From Candidatus Obscuribacterales bacterium (GTDB lineage: Bacteria; Cyanobacteriota; Vampirovibrionia; Obscuribacterales; Obscuribacteraceae): 64,000 nucleotides of DNA. A model generated the notes under the pieces. It made no database searches. It was not told where the DNA came from and worked only from the letters and a program-made list of their open reading frames with translations. Location of the stretch: the NCBI GenBank assembly GCA_965228855.1, contig CBDDIJ010000003.1:3680001-3744000 (forward strand), in the 5' to 3' direction. A program made the translations under genes and the position numbers. Shown piece after piece: positions 48,337 through 58,199 of this stretch (position 1 is its first letter; each line of letters opens with the position of its first letter).

Positions 48337-50688
48337 ATGCCTCCACAAGACGTACCACAACAGCCAGTTGCAGAAAGACCTCAGGGCGCCGCAGAAGCGC
48401 AAAAGCCGGTTGAGAAACCGCCGGAGGTTCAGGTCAGAGAAGGTGCAGAGAAAAATGCACAAACCGAGGTTCAGTCGACCCGCGAGAACGGCGACGTTAA
48501 CACCGCCCTGACGGCCGACCAGGAAAGAACCGCAGCGGCGATCCCGAGCATGAGCGAAGGCGACATGGCCAAGCATGGCATTGTCGAAGTCGGCGGCGTT
48601 CACTTTCAGAATGGCGTAGCTCTGGACGGTCCAAACGCCGGCAAGTCGATGGGTGAACACGAGCTCAACCCCGCACTGTCGGACAATGGCAAAACTCTCA
48701 ACCTCGATCTGGCTGCAGCGCAAGGTGTTGAAGCCCAAGATTTAGATAATGATGGTCTTCCGGACGTTCCGAAAGGTCCGGCACCGGTACCGCCGGAGGA
48801 AGCCGCAGCCGATGCAGCAGCAGCGGCAGACGGTGGAAAACCAGCAGGAGGCGATGCGCCTCAACAGCCAGGTCAACCGCCGGCAAGCGCGGAGCAGGCA
48901 GCACTCAACGCGCCTCCTGGATCACCCAAGGCTGGTGGGGACGGTCAAGACGGACTCGCCCAGACTGAAGATCAATTGTATAAAGTTGATGGACTGGCAG
49001 AGCAGGCACCGCAGGATCCGACCCAGCGTCGTACCTCTGCGGAAGTGAATGCGACTCAAGATCAAGCGACACCTGGCGGTCAGAATCCAGCTACAGCCGC
49101 ACCGACTTTGAATTCAGCAAGTCCGCGCGCAGGGGCTACAGCGACTCCCGATGCACCGGCTACGCCGGCCACGGCTCCGACTGAGGTCGCATCAGCAGTG
49201 CCGCGAGTTACAGACTCGACGGCGGCGCCGACCGATGCCGCGCCAGAGGCTCAAACACCGGAAGCTCGTGCAGAGCGTGCGACCAAAGCGTTGGAAACAC
49301 ATTTTGCCAACTCGCCACATAGCGAGCAGGTTCGCAAAGACCTGCAAGAGTTCAACAGCAGAACAGACATTACTCCCGAGCAGAAAGCGAAAGCTCTGGA
49401 GAACCTCGTCTCGACAGCTAACAAAGAGTACATAGAGGGCAATGGCAGCCGCTCCAATATGTCGCAGGAGAACATTGATCGTGCCGTCGCCGGCGGTATC
49501 AATGATATTGCCAAACCTAGAAACATCGACCAGGGCGATAACGGAACCTGCAACACCACAGTCATTCAAGAAGGCGTAGCCGGTGAAAGTCCGGATCGCT
49601 ACACTGCTGCATTGCGCGAAACCGCTCTGCATGGAACTTACACAGGCGAAGATGGTTTCAAAGCCAGAATTCCGTCCGACCTCATGACGCCCCATAGCGA
49701 AGCTCAGGGCGCTCAAAACGTTGATGGAAAGCGCAACTTCTCCAGTCAGTTGCTGCAGGGCGGCATGCTGAACCACTATTGGCAGCAGCGCGGGCAGTAC
49801 TACACAGACACAGATGCACGCGGCGAACAGCGCTATCAGTTTGACGCCAGCAAAAACAATCCTGATGCAATTCGCGCCGGTCAAAATCCTTTCACCACCA
49901 ACTGGGTTGGGGAGGGCGCGAACGTCGGTGCCAACGAAGTCGGCAACATGGGTCGCAACTTCGGAATTCAGGGTCAATTCGTCTACGCGCAGCGTGACTG
50001 GGTCCAGGGACCGGTCGATCCGAGCGTCAGAATTGTCGATTCACCTGCCGATCTGGCAAAGGCGAAGGAAGACCGCAAGGCGGCGACCGGAAGCGACTGG
50101 GGCATCGCCGTAGTTCATTCCGGAAACAGCCTGTTCACAGGCACTGAAGGGCTGGGAGGATCGGGCGGCGGTCACGTCGTCAGCACCTATCGCAATGGCG
50201 ATCTGTCCAACCAGTGGGGCGGTCAGTTTGACCGCAAAGGTGTTTCGGATGCAACACTGTTTGCGGCCATGAGCACCAACCCAGCCACCAGACCATCGGA
50301 CGGACCTGGCGGACGGGGCACTCCCGCCGGCAAGTTCGACGACTCCACTCTGCCGCAGCGCTTCCAACAGCACCGCGACGAAAATCCGCGCGCCCACGGC
50401 AACGACATTGTGCGCAACACGCCTGAAGATACTCAGAAGCGCAACGAGAAGCCGGAAGATCAAAAAGAAGATAAGAAGGACGGTAAAGAAGGCAAAGCGG
50501 ACGACGGCTCCGAACAGTTAAAGCAAATTCAAAAAGCGGCGCTTGAGAAGCAAATTGGCGATCTAGCAAGACGGATCGCCTATGCCCAGGGTCAAATCGA
50601 TCGCGGCATGGATCAGTCCAGCACCATGGACCTCTATAACGCCATGCTGGCCGGCATCAATACCGAATTACGCGGTTTAGGCGCTTAA
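48337..50688 (+). CDS. Large protein: long P/A/Q-rich disordered N-terminus plus papain/calpain-like cysteine-protease domain
   Basis: IDQGDNGTC (Cys codon 49549), GGHVVS (His 50173), SNQWG; DLDNDGLPD loop; C-terminal coiled coil. Confidence 0.7.
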   Translation: MPPQDVPQQPVAERPQGAAEAQKPVEKPPEVQVREGAEKNAQTEVQSTRENGDVNTALTADQERTAAAIPSMSEGDMAKHGIVEVGGVHFQNGVALDGPNAGKSMGEHELNPALSDNGKTLNLDLAAAQGVEAQDLDNDGLPDVPKGPAPVPPEEAAADAAAAADGGKPAGGDAPQQPGQPPASAEQAALNAPPGSPKAGGDGQDGLAQTEDQLYKVDGLAEQAPQDPTQRRTSAEVNATQDQATPGGQNPATAAPTLNSASPRAGATATPDAPATPATAPTEVASAVPRVTDSTAAPTDAAPEAQTPEARAERATKALETHFANSPHSEQVRKDLQEFNSRTDITPEQKAKALENLVSTANKEYIEGNGSRSNMSQENIDRAVAGGINDIAKPRNIDQGDNGTCNTTVIQEGVAGESPDRYTAALRETALHGTYTGEDGFKARIPSDLMTPHSEAQGAQNVDGKRNFSSQLLQGGMLNHYWQQRGQYYTDTDARGEQRYQFDASKNNPDAIRAGQNPFTTNWVGEGANVGANEVGNMGRNFGIQGQFVYAQRDWVQGPVDPSVRIVDSPADLAKAKEDRKAATGSDWGIAVVHSGNSLFTGTEGLGGSGGGHVVSTYRNGDLSNQWGGQFDRKGVSDATLFAAMSTNPATRPSDGPGGRGTPAGKFDDSTLPQRFQQHRDENPRAHGNDIVRNTPEDTQKRNEKPEDQKEDKKDGKEGKADDGSEQLKQIQKAALEKQIGDLARRIAYAQGQIDRGMDQSSTMDLYNAMLAGINTELRGLGA

Positions 50689-50891
50689 AGCCCAGGAACA
50701 TAAAGTCAATTCAATAAAGCTCGAATTGCTCACGCACCGGCTTTTGCCGCTCGGATGAGCGCAGGACACCTATTGACAACGATTGCGAGAAGCAAAGTGC
50801 CGGGATAGAATTTCATCCTGACAGCCTGCCTGTTTAATAACAGGTGGAGGTTGTTAGCGGCACTTAATGAGCTTCCTGCGTAGACATTCAT

Positions 50892-51434
50892 ATGAATAGC
50901 AATCGAAAAGTGATACCGGCTGTAGTGGCAGTACAAATTTTGTCGGCGACAGCGCTTCCTGCATTCGCCGAGAATTGCCAGTCCACTTCGGACATATTCG
51001 TCAAAGCAAAACCGGAAGCCGTGTACAACGCCATTTTGAAACTGCGCGAAGGTACTAAGGACACCGTCAAAGAACTTTCGCACGACGGCAATCAGTCGTG
51101 CGTTCTGGAAGAGACATTCAATAATTTGCCTTTGATCGGCGATGCGAAATGCGTCTACAAAGAAGTCTACGTGCCGTTCAAGAAGATCGAATACAACCTG
51201 ATTCGCTCCGAAAAGTTTAAAGCATTCGAGGGCAAATGGACTCTAACACCGAGCGCGGATGGGCTCGGCACCAATGTTTGCCTCTCATCTTATGTCGATA
51301 TAGATCTACCGGTTCCATTTGCAAAACAACTGACCAAAATGCAGACGTCGCGCGGAGTGAAAAAACGCTTGCGAATGGTAAAACTAGCATGCGAACAGAC
51401 AAAGATTGCATCGAAAACTAACGACGCTCAATAA
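50892..51434 (+). CDS. Secreted SRPBCC/START (polyketide cyclase-like) protein
   Basis: Signal peptide AFA; IFVKAKPEAVY, FKAFEGKWTL, DLPVP. Confidence 0.75.
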   Translation: MNSNRKVIPAVVAVQILSATALPAFAENCQSTSDIFVKAKPEAVYNAILKLREGTKDTVKELSHDGNQSCVLEETFNNLPLIGDAKCVYKEVYVPFKKIEYNLIRSEKFKAFEGKWTLTPSADGLGTNVCLSSYVDIDLPVPFAKQLTKMQTSRGVKKRLRMVKLACEQTKIASKTNDAQ

Positions 51435-51507
51435 TTTGATCGCATATTTGACGATGCTGATCGTTTGATCGAGCAGCGAATCACTTTTGTCGTTTAAAAC
51501 GAGACCA

Positions 51508-52464
51508 TCAGCCGGATACGGCTTTCCGCTTTTGTTCGAGCAATTCGATCCCGTTTGAAATGTCCAGACCTTCCAGCCGCATTCGCAGACTGTAATAGTA
51601 GTAGCCTGATGCGAGAAAGAACACGGGCATCAAATACATGTAAATTATGGAATTCCAACTGCCACCAATTATCTGCACGTACAACGGCATCTGAATTTCA
51701 CCGGCGTGTTTTTTTCCAGTGTATACGCCGGCTTTCATGTACTCGGCGCCATAGAAGATCTGCAGCACCGATGTTAGTGCCATAAACAAAGCCATCCAGG
51801 TGACGAAAAGCACGCAGCAAAAACCGGCGGTCGGAAATAGTCGTTTGAACGTCATTGCGTATGCCCTTCCAATTATCTGGAAGAAACCTTTATCCTCACA
51901 CGCGAGCACAACGAACAGCACCGAGGCGGGCAGAAGCAGGAGGACCAGATTGATCAACGCGATAACGATCATAGCCAGAATCACTGGCACCATTACAATC
52001 GCACCACCAGCGCCGCCCGCACCGACCTTGGCAAGAAAACTGGCAATGCCGAACATAAATGCCCACGCAAAGACCCAGACGAAGAAAGCGGCATAATAAC
52101 CGATAGCGTATAGAATCACCGCCCAGAATTTGTGACGTACCTGTTTGAACGCGAGATTGAAATCAGTGCTTCGATTTACCACCATGCGCACGTACGAAAG
52201 CTGAAGCATCGTGAGCCAGACTTCTGCAGGGATACAAATCAGAAATCCGATTAGCGAAGGTCCAAGCGCTGATAGCGTCTCAGGTCCAGGAATACCGCCG
52301 TGGAGAGAGGCGAGGAAAACACGGGCGCCTGACACCAAAAATAACTTGCCGACTAACTCGATAACCGATGGCAGCAATAACTTCGTCGCTAGAAATTTGA
52401 CGTCGCGCCGACACTGCCTGATGGCCAGACCGACACAATCTCCTACGGATAACAGGTTTTCCAC
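51508..52464 (-). CDS. Hypothetical integral membrane protein
   Basis: About 6 TM; C-terminal YY.LR.R.EG.D motif seen in GDPD-membrane-domain-like proteins. Confidence 0.75.
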   Translation of the reverse strand: MENLLSVGDCVGLAIRQCRRDVKFLATKLLLPSVIELVGKLFLVSGARVFLASLHGGIPGPETLSALGPSLIGFLICIPAEVWLTMLQLSYVRMVVNRSTDFNLAFKQVRHKFWAVILYAIGYYAAFFVWVFAWAFMFGIASFLAKVGAGGAGGAIVMVPVILAMIVIALINLVLLLLPASVLFVVLACEDKGFFQIIGRAYAMTFKRLFPTAGFCCVLFVTWMALFMALTSVLQIFYGAEYMKAGVYTGKKHAGEIQMPLYVQIIGGSWNSIIYMYLMPVFFLASGYYYYSLRMRLEGLDISNGIELLEQKRKAVSG

Positions 52465-52483
52465 GCCAGTACCTCTTGCGGTT

Positions 52484-53599
52484 CTACTTGGTTATTCCCT
52501 GTGGCTTGTATGTTTTCGGCATCGTCTGCCTGACACTTTCGAGTTTTGAAAATAAATCTTGGACATGAGCGTACTCTCGATCGAGCGCATCATTTTCCTG
52601 CGCAAGTTCGGCGGCGGAATAGACAGTTGCACCACCGGCTGAAGGCGCGTAAGGTTCTTGCCCCTGAGGTCTCATCGATGCAAGTTCGCTCATAAAGCGC
52701 ATGGCGTACTGTCCATGTATGTTCATGCGTTTATTGAGTTCTTGCTCGACATTATTGCTGTCTGCTAAATTTTTGTATGCCTCCATGTGAGCATTATAAG
52801 CACCGTCCCGATTAGCAAGTTCAATCAAACTGTGGACAGAATTAGCTACCGAAGCAGTTTTCTGAAGACCTTGATGGCTAAACTGCGATGAGAGGACTCC
52901 GTTTTGCCGCGCTAACTGGTTGGCATCGGACCAGGCGGAAGCGAACATCGCGGCACTCTCTTTCTGCTGCGACACTATCAGATTAGATATCATTTGCTGC
53001 AATTGCTGTTCGTTAGAGAGTATTTGGCTCTCCAACTGCTGCAACTGCTGGCACTTATCCTGGACTTGAAACCGCAATGCGTGCATGCCGTTGAAAGTAG
53101 CGGATGTGGAAGCACTCGTGTTATCGGTAGGTGTGGGCGCAATCATCTCGGGCTGAGAGCTTTGATGATATGCATTTACGTGCGCGTTATACTCCTGACG
53201 GTGCTCTTTGTATTGTGCGAGAGCCTGGTAGTATTCCTTGAAGAGACTCTCGTAGAGCTGGTAGACATCAGGAGTCGTGACACCGGATGCGATGCGTTGA
53301 GAAGGAAACGGCGATGATCTCTCGTCGAGTCTACTTAATAATTCTGCGGTATTCATCAGCGTTTTCGACCGAGCTGTTATAAGTTTGCCATCGGCGATCA
53401 GTCTATCTGCAGAGTCGATTCGAGCCTCCATGCGAGCCCGAAGTTGAGTTTCAGACAGGCTCGAAGAATTTGCATCACAGCAGTTCTCCGCGGAGGCAGG
53501 CGTTCCCGCTACAGCTGATAAGAGAAATGCAACTAAAATTCTTCGCTCGAGATTTTTAATCGCGCTTCGTTGTTTCCCCGGCACGGTTTTAGTCCTCAA
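52484..53599 (-). CDS. Secreted Q/A-rich coiled-coil hypothetical protein
   Basis: Signal peptide (ASA), long helical segments. Confidence 0.7.
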   Translation of the reverse strand: MRTKTVPGKQRSAIKNLERRILVAFLLSAVAGTPASAENCCDANSSSLSETQLRARMEARIDSADRLIADGKLITARSKTLMNTAELLSRLDERSSPFPSQRIASGVTTPDVYQLYESLFKEYYQALAQYKEHRQEYNAHVNAYHQSSQPEMIAPTPTDNTSASTSATFNGMHALRFQVQDKCQQLQQLESQILSNEQQLQQMISNLIVSQQKESAAMFASAWSDANQLARQNGVLSSQFSHQGLQKTASVANSVHSLIELANRDGAYNAHMEAYKNLADSNNVEQELNKRMNIHGQYAMRFMSELASMRPQGQEPYAPSAGGATVYSAAELAQENDALDREYAHVQDLFSKLESVRQTMPKTYKPQGITK

Positions 53600-53758
53600 A
53601 ATCTAACCCTGGAAAATCACCTTCTCGAACTAATTTTAGTAGCTCACGTCGTGATACGCTGGTTTCTGGTGATAGAAAACCGGGTTTGTTATTCTCAAGG
53701 CGCCAGTGCAGCCAAAAGGCTCGTATACCGTCCGATAATAAGACGGAGCGAAGGAGAA

Positions 53759-55894
53759 ATGGGGCGATACAGCCACGACGACAGTCAGGACGAAACCAGT
53801 CTTTTCGAGACTGGTGATGACAGCGCCGTCCTGCCGGAGCAGGGTGGCTCATCCGCTCGTTCTCAGAGAACGCCACAGCCGCCGGCGAATCTTGTTCCCA
53901 ATACTACAGCAGATTTCAACATTCCAAGAACTCCGCTCAAGGAGAAGTACGAATTTATTTCCGTGCTTGGCGCAGGTGGTGCCGGTGTCATTTATAAAGC
54001 TACGCAAAAGCCTCTTGGAAGATTGGTGGCAGTGAAGATGATTCATTCGCATTTGATGACACCAACTGCGGTGAAACGATTTCAGCAAGAAGCGACCACT
54101 ATCGGCAGAATTTCACACGCCAACATCATTGCAGTCTACGACTTTGGTATTTCCGAAGACAATCAACCGTTCATGGTTATGGATTACGTAGAAGGCACTC
54201 CGCTTTCCGATGTCTTGGACCAGGTCGGTTCGCTATCAGTCGATGACACGAAGCTGGTAATCAAGCAGCTTTGCGACGGGCTCGCCCATGCCCATTCTAA
54301 GGGCATTCTGCACAGAGATTTGAAACCCAGTAACATCATGATGGTCCCGAATGAAAACGGACCAGACATCGCTAAGATTCTCGACTTCGGTTTAGCCAAA
54401 GTAATTTACGGAGAAGAGGATGATGAACGCGAACATTTGACTAAAACAGGTGAGACTGTCGGAACGCCCGCTTTCATGAGCCCTGAGCAAGTGATGGGCA
54501 AACAGCTGGATGTAACTTCCGATCTGTATTCTCTGGGCTGCGTGATGTACCACTGTTTGACCGGTGAGCCTCCATTCGTTGGTGAAACGAAAATGGAAAC
54601 AATGCTCATGCATCTGAATGCGAAACCTGAGCCTATTAATCCGACAGATGGAGAGCCAATCATCTCGCCATATCTCGAGATGATCGTCATGAAGCTACTG
54701 GAAAAAATTCCGGCTAATCGGTTTAAATCCATGGTCGAGCTAAAAGAGGCGATTGAGTCGGCCGACAAAGGTCTGTTCATCACTCCTTCTAAATCCGAAA
54801 TCCCCGCCGATCAAGCCTCTCATACGAAGCAAGGTGAGCAGACGTCTTCGTCAAGCGCAGCAGCGATTCGAGAAGAGAAAGAGGGCAAACAGCTTACAGC
54901 CAAGACACTACTGGCGGTGGCTCTGGTTTCTGGCGCTCTGGCTGTTCCTCTTGTCGGCGGCTACATCTGGCTAAGCTCGAATTCAACAAAGTCAAATGAA
55001 GAGGTTAAGAAGAAAGCTTCCAAAACAGGTGAAATTCGAAAAGGAGACGACCCCTATAAAGCGCAGGTGTTCGATGACGACGCTTTTGCAGGTCAATTCG
55101 ATCAAACGTCCCATACGCTCTCGTCTTATCACGATCCATTCATCTCAGACAACGCTCTGAAGGTCGCGAGAGGAAATACATTTGTTCGTAACGTCGAACT
55201 CGGCCAATCGCATAAAATCACAGAGCGGGGCATTAAGTACTTATCCGGCATGAATATTCTTCGCATGGATTTGAGAAAAACGCATGTTCATGACGCCGTC
55301 GGTCCATATCTGCTCAAAATGTTAGGTCCGGACGGACAGCCTTCTTTACAAGAAATAAACCTCAGTGAAGCACCCGTAACGGACAAGTTAATTGCGACAC
55401 TAAGAAGGCTTCCTAAACTGCAAACCGTTGACCTGAGCGAGAATGAAAACATAACCGACGCCGGCGCCAAACAGTTCGCCAAGACAAGCATCAAAGATCT
55501 GAATCTGGCATCAACACACGTTGGAGACGACGGTCTTGAGGGCATCGGCGAAGCAACTGAACTTATCAAACTAAATCTCAGCGGTACTAGAGTCACCGAC
55601 TCCGGTATCAAAAAATTGTCGAAGCTCGATAACCTACAGGAGCTCAATCTCTCTGATACAAGAACTGGAGACGAAGCAGTGAAAGAGCTGGTGACGTTGA
55701 AAAACCTTACTATTCTTCATCTTGCCAAAACAGACATAACCGTCGCGTGCTTACCAGACATATTTAAGCGCGATCAAATTTCGTGGGTCGATTTAACTGG
55801 GTGCGATAAAATCACGCCAGTGCAAGCGAATGACTTTCGGCATAAAATGTCAATGGAAGGCAGAACCGTTCAACGAAACGAAACGGAGCCATAG
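53759..55894 (+). CDS. Hanks-type Ser/Thr kinase - TM - leucine-rich repeats
   Basis: GAGGAG, VAVK, HRDLKPSN, DFG, GTPAFMSPEQ; TM; LRRs. Start at ATG 53759 after GGAG. Confidence 0.95.
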   Translation: MGRYSHDDSQDETSLFETGDDSAVLPEQGGSSARSQRTPQPPANLVPNTTADFNIPRTPLKEKYEFISVLGAGGAGVIYKATQKPLGRLVAVKMIHSHLMTPTAVKRFQQEATTIGRISHANIIAVYDFGISEDNQPFMVMDYVEGTPLSDVLDQVGSLSVDDTKLVIKQLCDGLAHAHSKGILHRDLKPSNIMMVPNENGPDIAKILDFGLAKVIYGEEDDEREHLTKTGETVGTPAFMSPEQVMGKQLDVTSDLYSLGCVMYHCLTGEPPFVGETKMETMLMHLNAKPEPINPTDGEPIISPYLEMIVMKLLEKIPANRFKSMVELKEAIESADKGLFITPSKSEIPADQASHTKQGEQTSSSSAAAIREEKEGKQLTAKTLLAVALVSGALAVPLVGGYIWLSSNSTKSNEEVKKKASKTGEIRKGDDPYKAQVFDDDAFAGQFDQTSHTLSSYHDPFISDNALKVARGNTFVRNVELGQSHKITERGIKYLSGMNILRMDLRKTHVHDAVGPYLLKMLGPDGQPSLQEINLSEAPVTDKLIATLRRLPKLQTVDLSENENITDAGAKQFAKTSIKDLNLASTHVGDDGLEGIGEATELIKLNLSGTRVTDSGIKKLSKLDNLQELNLSDTRTGDEAVKELVTLKNLTILHLAKTDITVACLPDIFKRDQISWVDLTGCDKITPVQANDFRHKMSMEGRTVQRNETEP

Positions 55895-55953
55895 CGCTTA
55901 CTCTCGCGTGAGTAGCGCCAGCACGTTTTTTTTTTTAACACACAGGCATCAAA

Positions 55954-56589
55954 ATGGTACGAAAAAAAGAAACTCATCTCCTTTTAGCCGATCACATTTC
56001 GCATCTCAAAGATTGCACAAAGTGTCCGGGCATGATCGGTCCGGTCGTCACACATCGTCCTGTTTTGACAAAAATACTGTTGATCGGTCAAGCACCTGGT
56101 CCGCGTGAGGGCGCATTGGGTAAGCCGTTCGCGTGGACAGCCGGGAAAACTTTATTTCGCTGGTTGGAAACAATCGGCATCACCGAAGAGGAGTTTCGCA
56201 GCCACGCTTACATAAGCGCCGTATGCCGGTGTTTTCCAGGCAAGGGTAAAACTGGCGGCGATCGCGTTCCAAACAACGACGAGATCGCGAATTGCTCAGT
56301 CTGGCTCGATCGGGAAGTCGAGCTCTTAGATCCGGATTTGATCATACCTGTGGGTCGCCTTGCAATTGTTCAACTTGTTGAGTTGAAACAGATGACCGAC
56401 GTGATCGGCAAGACAATCAAGGTCGATTGGCACGGTCGAGAACGCGACGTTGTGCCACTGCCACATCCTTCGGGCGCCTCTTCCTGGTTTAAAAAAGAAC
56501 CGGGAAAGACACTGCTTCAAGAGGCGTTGACCGTTATACGAGAGCATCCAGCCTGGCAAAAGATGCTGGACGACGTTCGCAACGAATGA
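55954..56589 (+). CDS. Uracil-DNA glycosylase superfamily protein (family 4/5-like)
   Basis: CTKC, IGQAPG..EG..G.PF, CFPG..GDR.P..E...C, LPHPSG. Confidence 0.9.
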   Translation: MVRKKETHLLLADHISHLKDCTKCPGMIGPVVTHRPVLTKILLIGQAPGPREGALGKPFAWTAGKTLFRWLETIGITEEEFRSHAYISAVCRCFPGKGKTGGDRVPNNDEIANCSVWLDREVELLDPDLIIPVGRLAIVQLVELKQMTDVIGKTIKVDWHGRERDVVPLPHPSGASSWFKKEPGKTLLQEALTVIREHPAWQKMLDDVRNE

Positions 56590-56596
56590 CGATTAA

Positions 56597-56628
56597 ACGC
56601 TTGCGCATCACCTGTGGTGCGCAGGCGT
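56597..56628. terminator. Hairpin between convergent genes
   Basis: acgcttgcgcatca-cctg-tggtgcgcaggcgt, 14-bp stem with two G-U pairs on the + strand. Confidence 0.5.
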
Positions 56629-56688
56629 CAGCCGCCAGAGAGTGAGAACTCCCTGACGACCGAGCCTGCGTGCTGGGGATTTGAGCAA

Positions 56689-57201
56689 CTAAACTCCAAA
56701 CTGTTCGGTTAGCCAGTTATCCAATTCGTCATCGAGCGATGCCAGCGCTTCGCTGTCAATCAGTCCGCGTCGAAGGACTTCGAAGATCAATCGGGTCCGT
56801 AAGTTATAGACGTCCATCGACGCCGACTCACGCAACCATGAATGTCTCCCGCGAAGAACTTTTGAGAAGAGCGCTGCAAGTCGATTTTGGACACCACGCG
56901 CCGAAAGATTACGGCGTTTTGCAATTGCCTTATCGGTTAAACCGAGCATTACATCGCATAATGTTTCGTATTCGCTGCGCGTGAGTTTACTCGCGCCATC
57001 AGGTTCAACTTGCAATCCCTGTCCTGGTTCGGAACCAGCATGAGCCGTTTCATGAACTACCAGGCTCTGGATTGCGCTGGCGAGACGGTCCTCTGCAATT
57101 CGGCTTCTTTGAAGGGCTTGAGCAGTTTGAAACCGCTGAGCCCCATGGACCTGTTGAACATGCTGAATGTTTTGACCATAAAAGTTGTGCGCTTGCATCA
57201 T
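56689..57201 (-). CDS. LuxR-type HTH regulator lacking an intact receiver domain
   Basis: LTRSEYETL...GLTDKAIA.RRNLS.RGVQNRL..LFSK; Q-rich N-terminus. Confidence 0.75.
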   Translation of the reverse strand: MMQAHNFYGQNIQHVQQVHGAQRFQTAQALQRSRIAEDRLASAIQSLVVHETAHAGSEPGQGLQVEPDGASKLTRSEYETLCDVMLGLTDKAIAKRRNLSARGVQNRLAALFSKVLRGRHSWLRESASMDVYNLRTRLIFEVLRRGLIDSEALASLDDELDNWLTEQFGV

Positions 57202-57418
57202 TTCTAATCCCCACCAACAACCAGAGAAACTAATTTCCTACTCAGGACTGCAAATTAACACAGCAAAGTTGACCAATTCTTGGCAATCGAGATTAAACTG
57301 GCTTTTCCAGGCCAGTATTGCCTTTAGCTAGTACAACTTACGAGACGGCGTCGATGGAACCGGTTTAGAATGCTCTTCTTTAAACTGGTTTGGAACCAAC
57401 GCGCAGTGGTTTCAACCC

Positions 57419-58117
57419 CTAACCGGGCTCGACTTCTTTATCTACTTCCGCCATAAACTCTTTTATGGAGTCTCGCAGGTCTTCCTCGGTTTGAGCCCCC
57501 ATCTCTGCCGTCTTAATAACACCGTGCTTGCATTGGTACATGCACATCGGCACAGTCCATGAGTCGGCAAAGCGATCGTTCAAGTATTGAACATAAGACT
57601 CCATCAGATCCTTGTTCTCGCTGTTTTGAACGTCGAGAACCTGCACGTCGAACTTTCCTTTGTAATCCGAGCAAACTTTCATGAACAGCGGGTCAAAACT
57701 TTTACTGTGGTCGCAGTCGGTCGACAGCAAGATGATACGAGGTAGAGGCTTGCCATTGCACAGCGCTCCCAACCTTTCTATATCCTCTTTGGCTTCTTTT
57801 CGGCTGGATTCGGTTTCCGCATTTTTTTCCAACCACTCATATTGCTGACGTGCCTGCGGAAACTGCTTGAGCCGCTCGTTGGTCAGTCCCATATATTTGT
57901 GCGCAATCTCGTCCTTCTGATCGCGCATTATAGCGTCTTCGAGGAAGCGGGCGGCTTCAGCATAATTCGCGTCGTTGTAGGCATCAACACCAAGTCGTCG
58001 AAGCTCAAGCGCGGACTTCCCACCGCAGGCCGACATCAAAAGAGCAAAGGAAATTGCCGGCAGGATTGCCACAGCGACTCTTCTTAAGGTCATTAACCTG
58101 GGACGACTCGGAAACAT
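57419..58117 (-). CDS. Lipoprotein: TPR plus thioredoxin-like (CxxS) domain
   Basis: Lipobox MSAC; TPR GVDAYNDANYAEA; STDCDHS and TVP. Confidence 0.7.
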   Translation of the reverse strand: MFPSRPRLMTLRRVAVAILPAISFALLMSACGGKSALELRRLGVDAYNDANYAEAARFLEDAIMRDQKDEIAHKYMGLTNERLKQFPQARQQYEWLEKNAETESSRKEAKEDIERLGALCNGKPLPRIILLSTDCDHSKSFDPLFMKVCSDYKGKFDVQVLDVQNSENKDLMESYVQYLNDRFADSWTVPMCMYQCKHGVIKTAEMGAQTEEDLRDSIKEFMAEVDKEVEPG

Positions 58118-58199
58118 AGCGTAACTCCGGATTAAAGCTGCCTAACACCGTCGGACAGAGCATTGTAAGTTTAAATGCCAGACAAGTATACAGCGAAAG

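Noticed and set aside
49192..49977. 261-aa minus-strand ORF
   Set aside because: Antisense shadow within the 783-aa gene; such shadows are common opposite well-biased coding sequence.
57297..57390. Hairpins actggct/ggccagt and aaccggtttaga/tttaaactggtt
   Set aside because: Isolated short hairpins between co-oriented genes; not enough to call an RNA gene.
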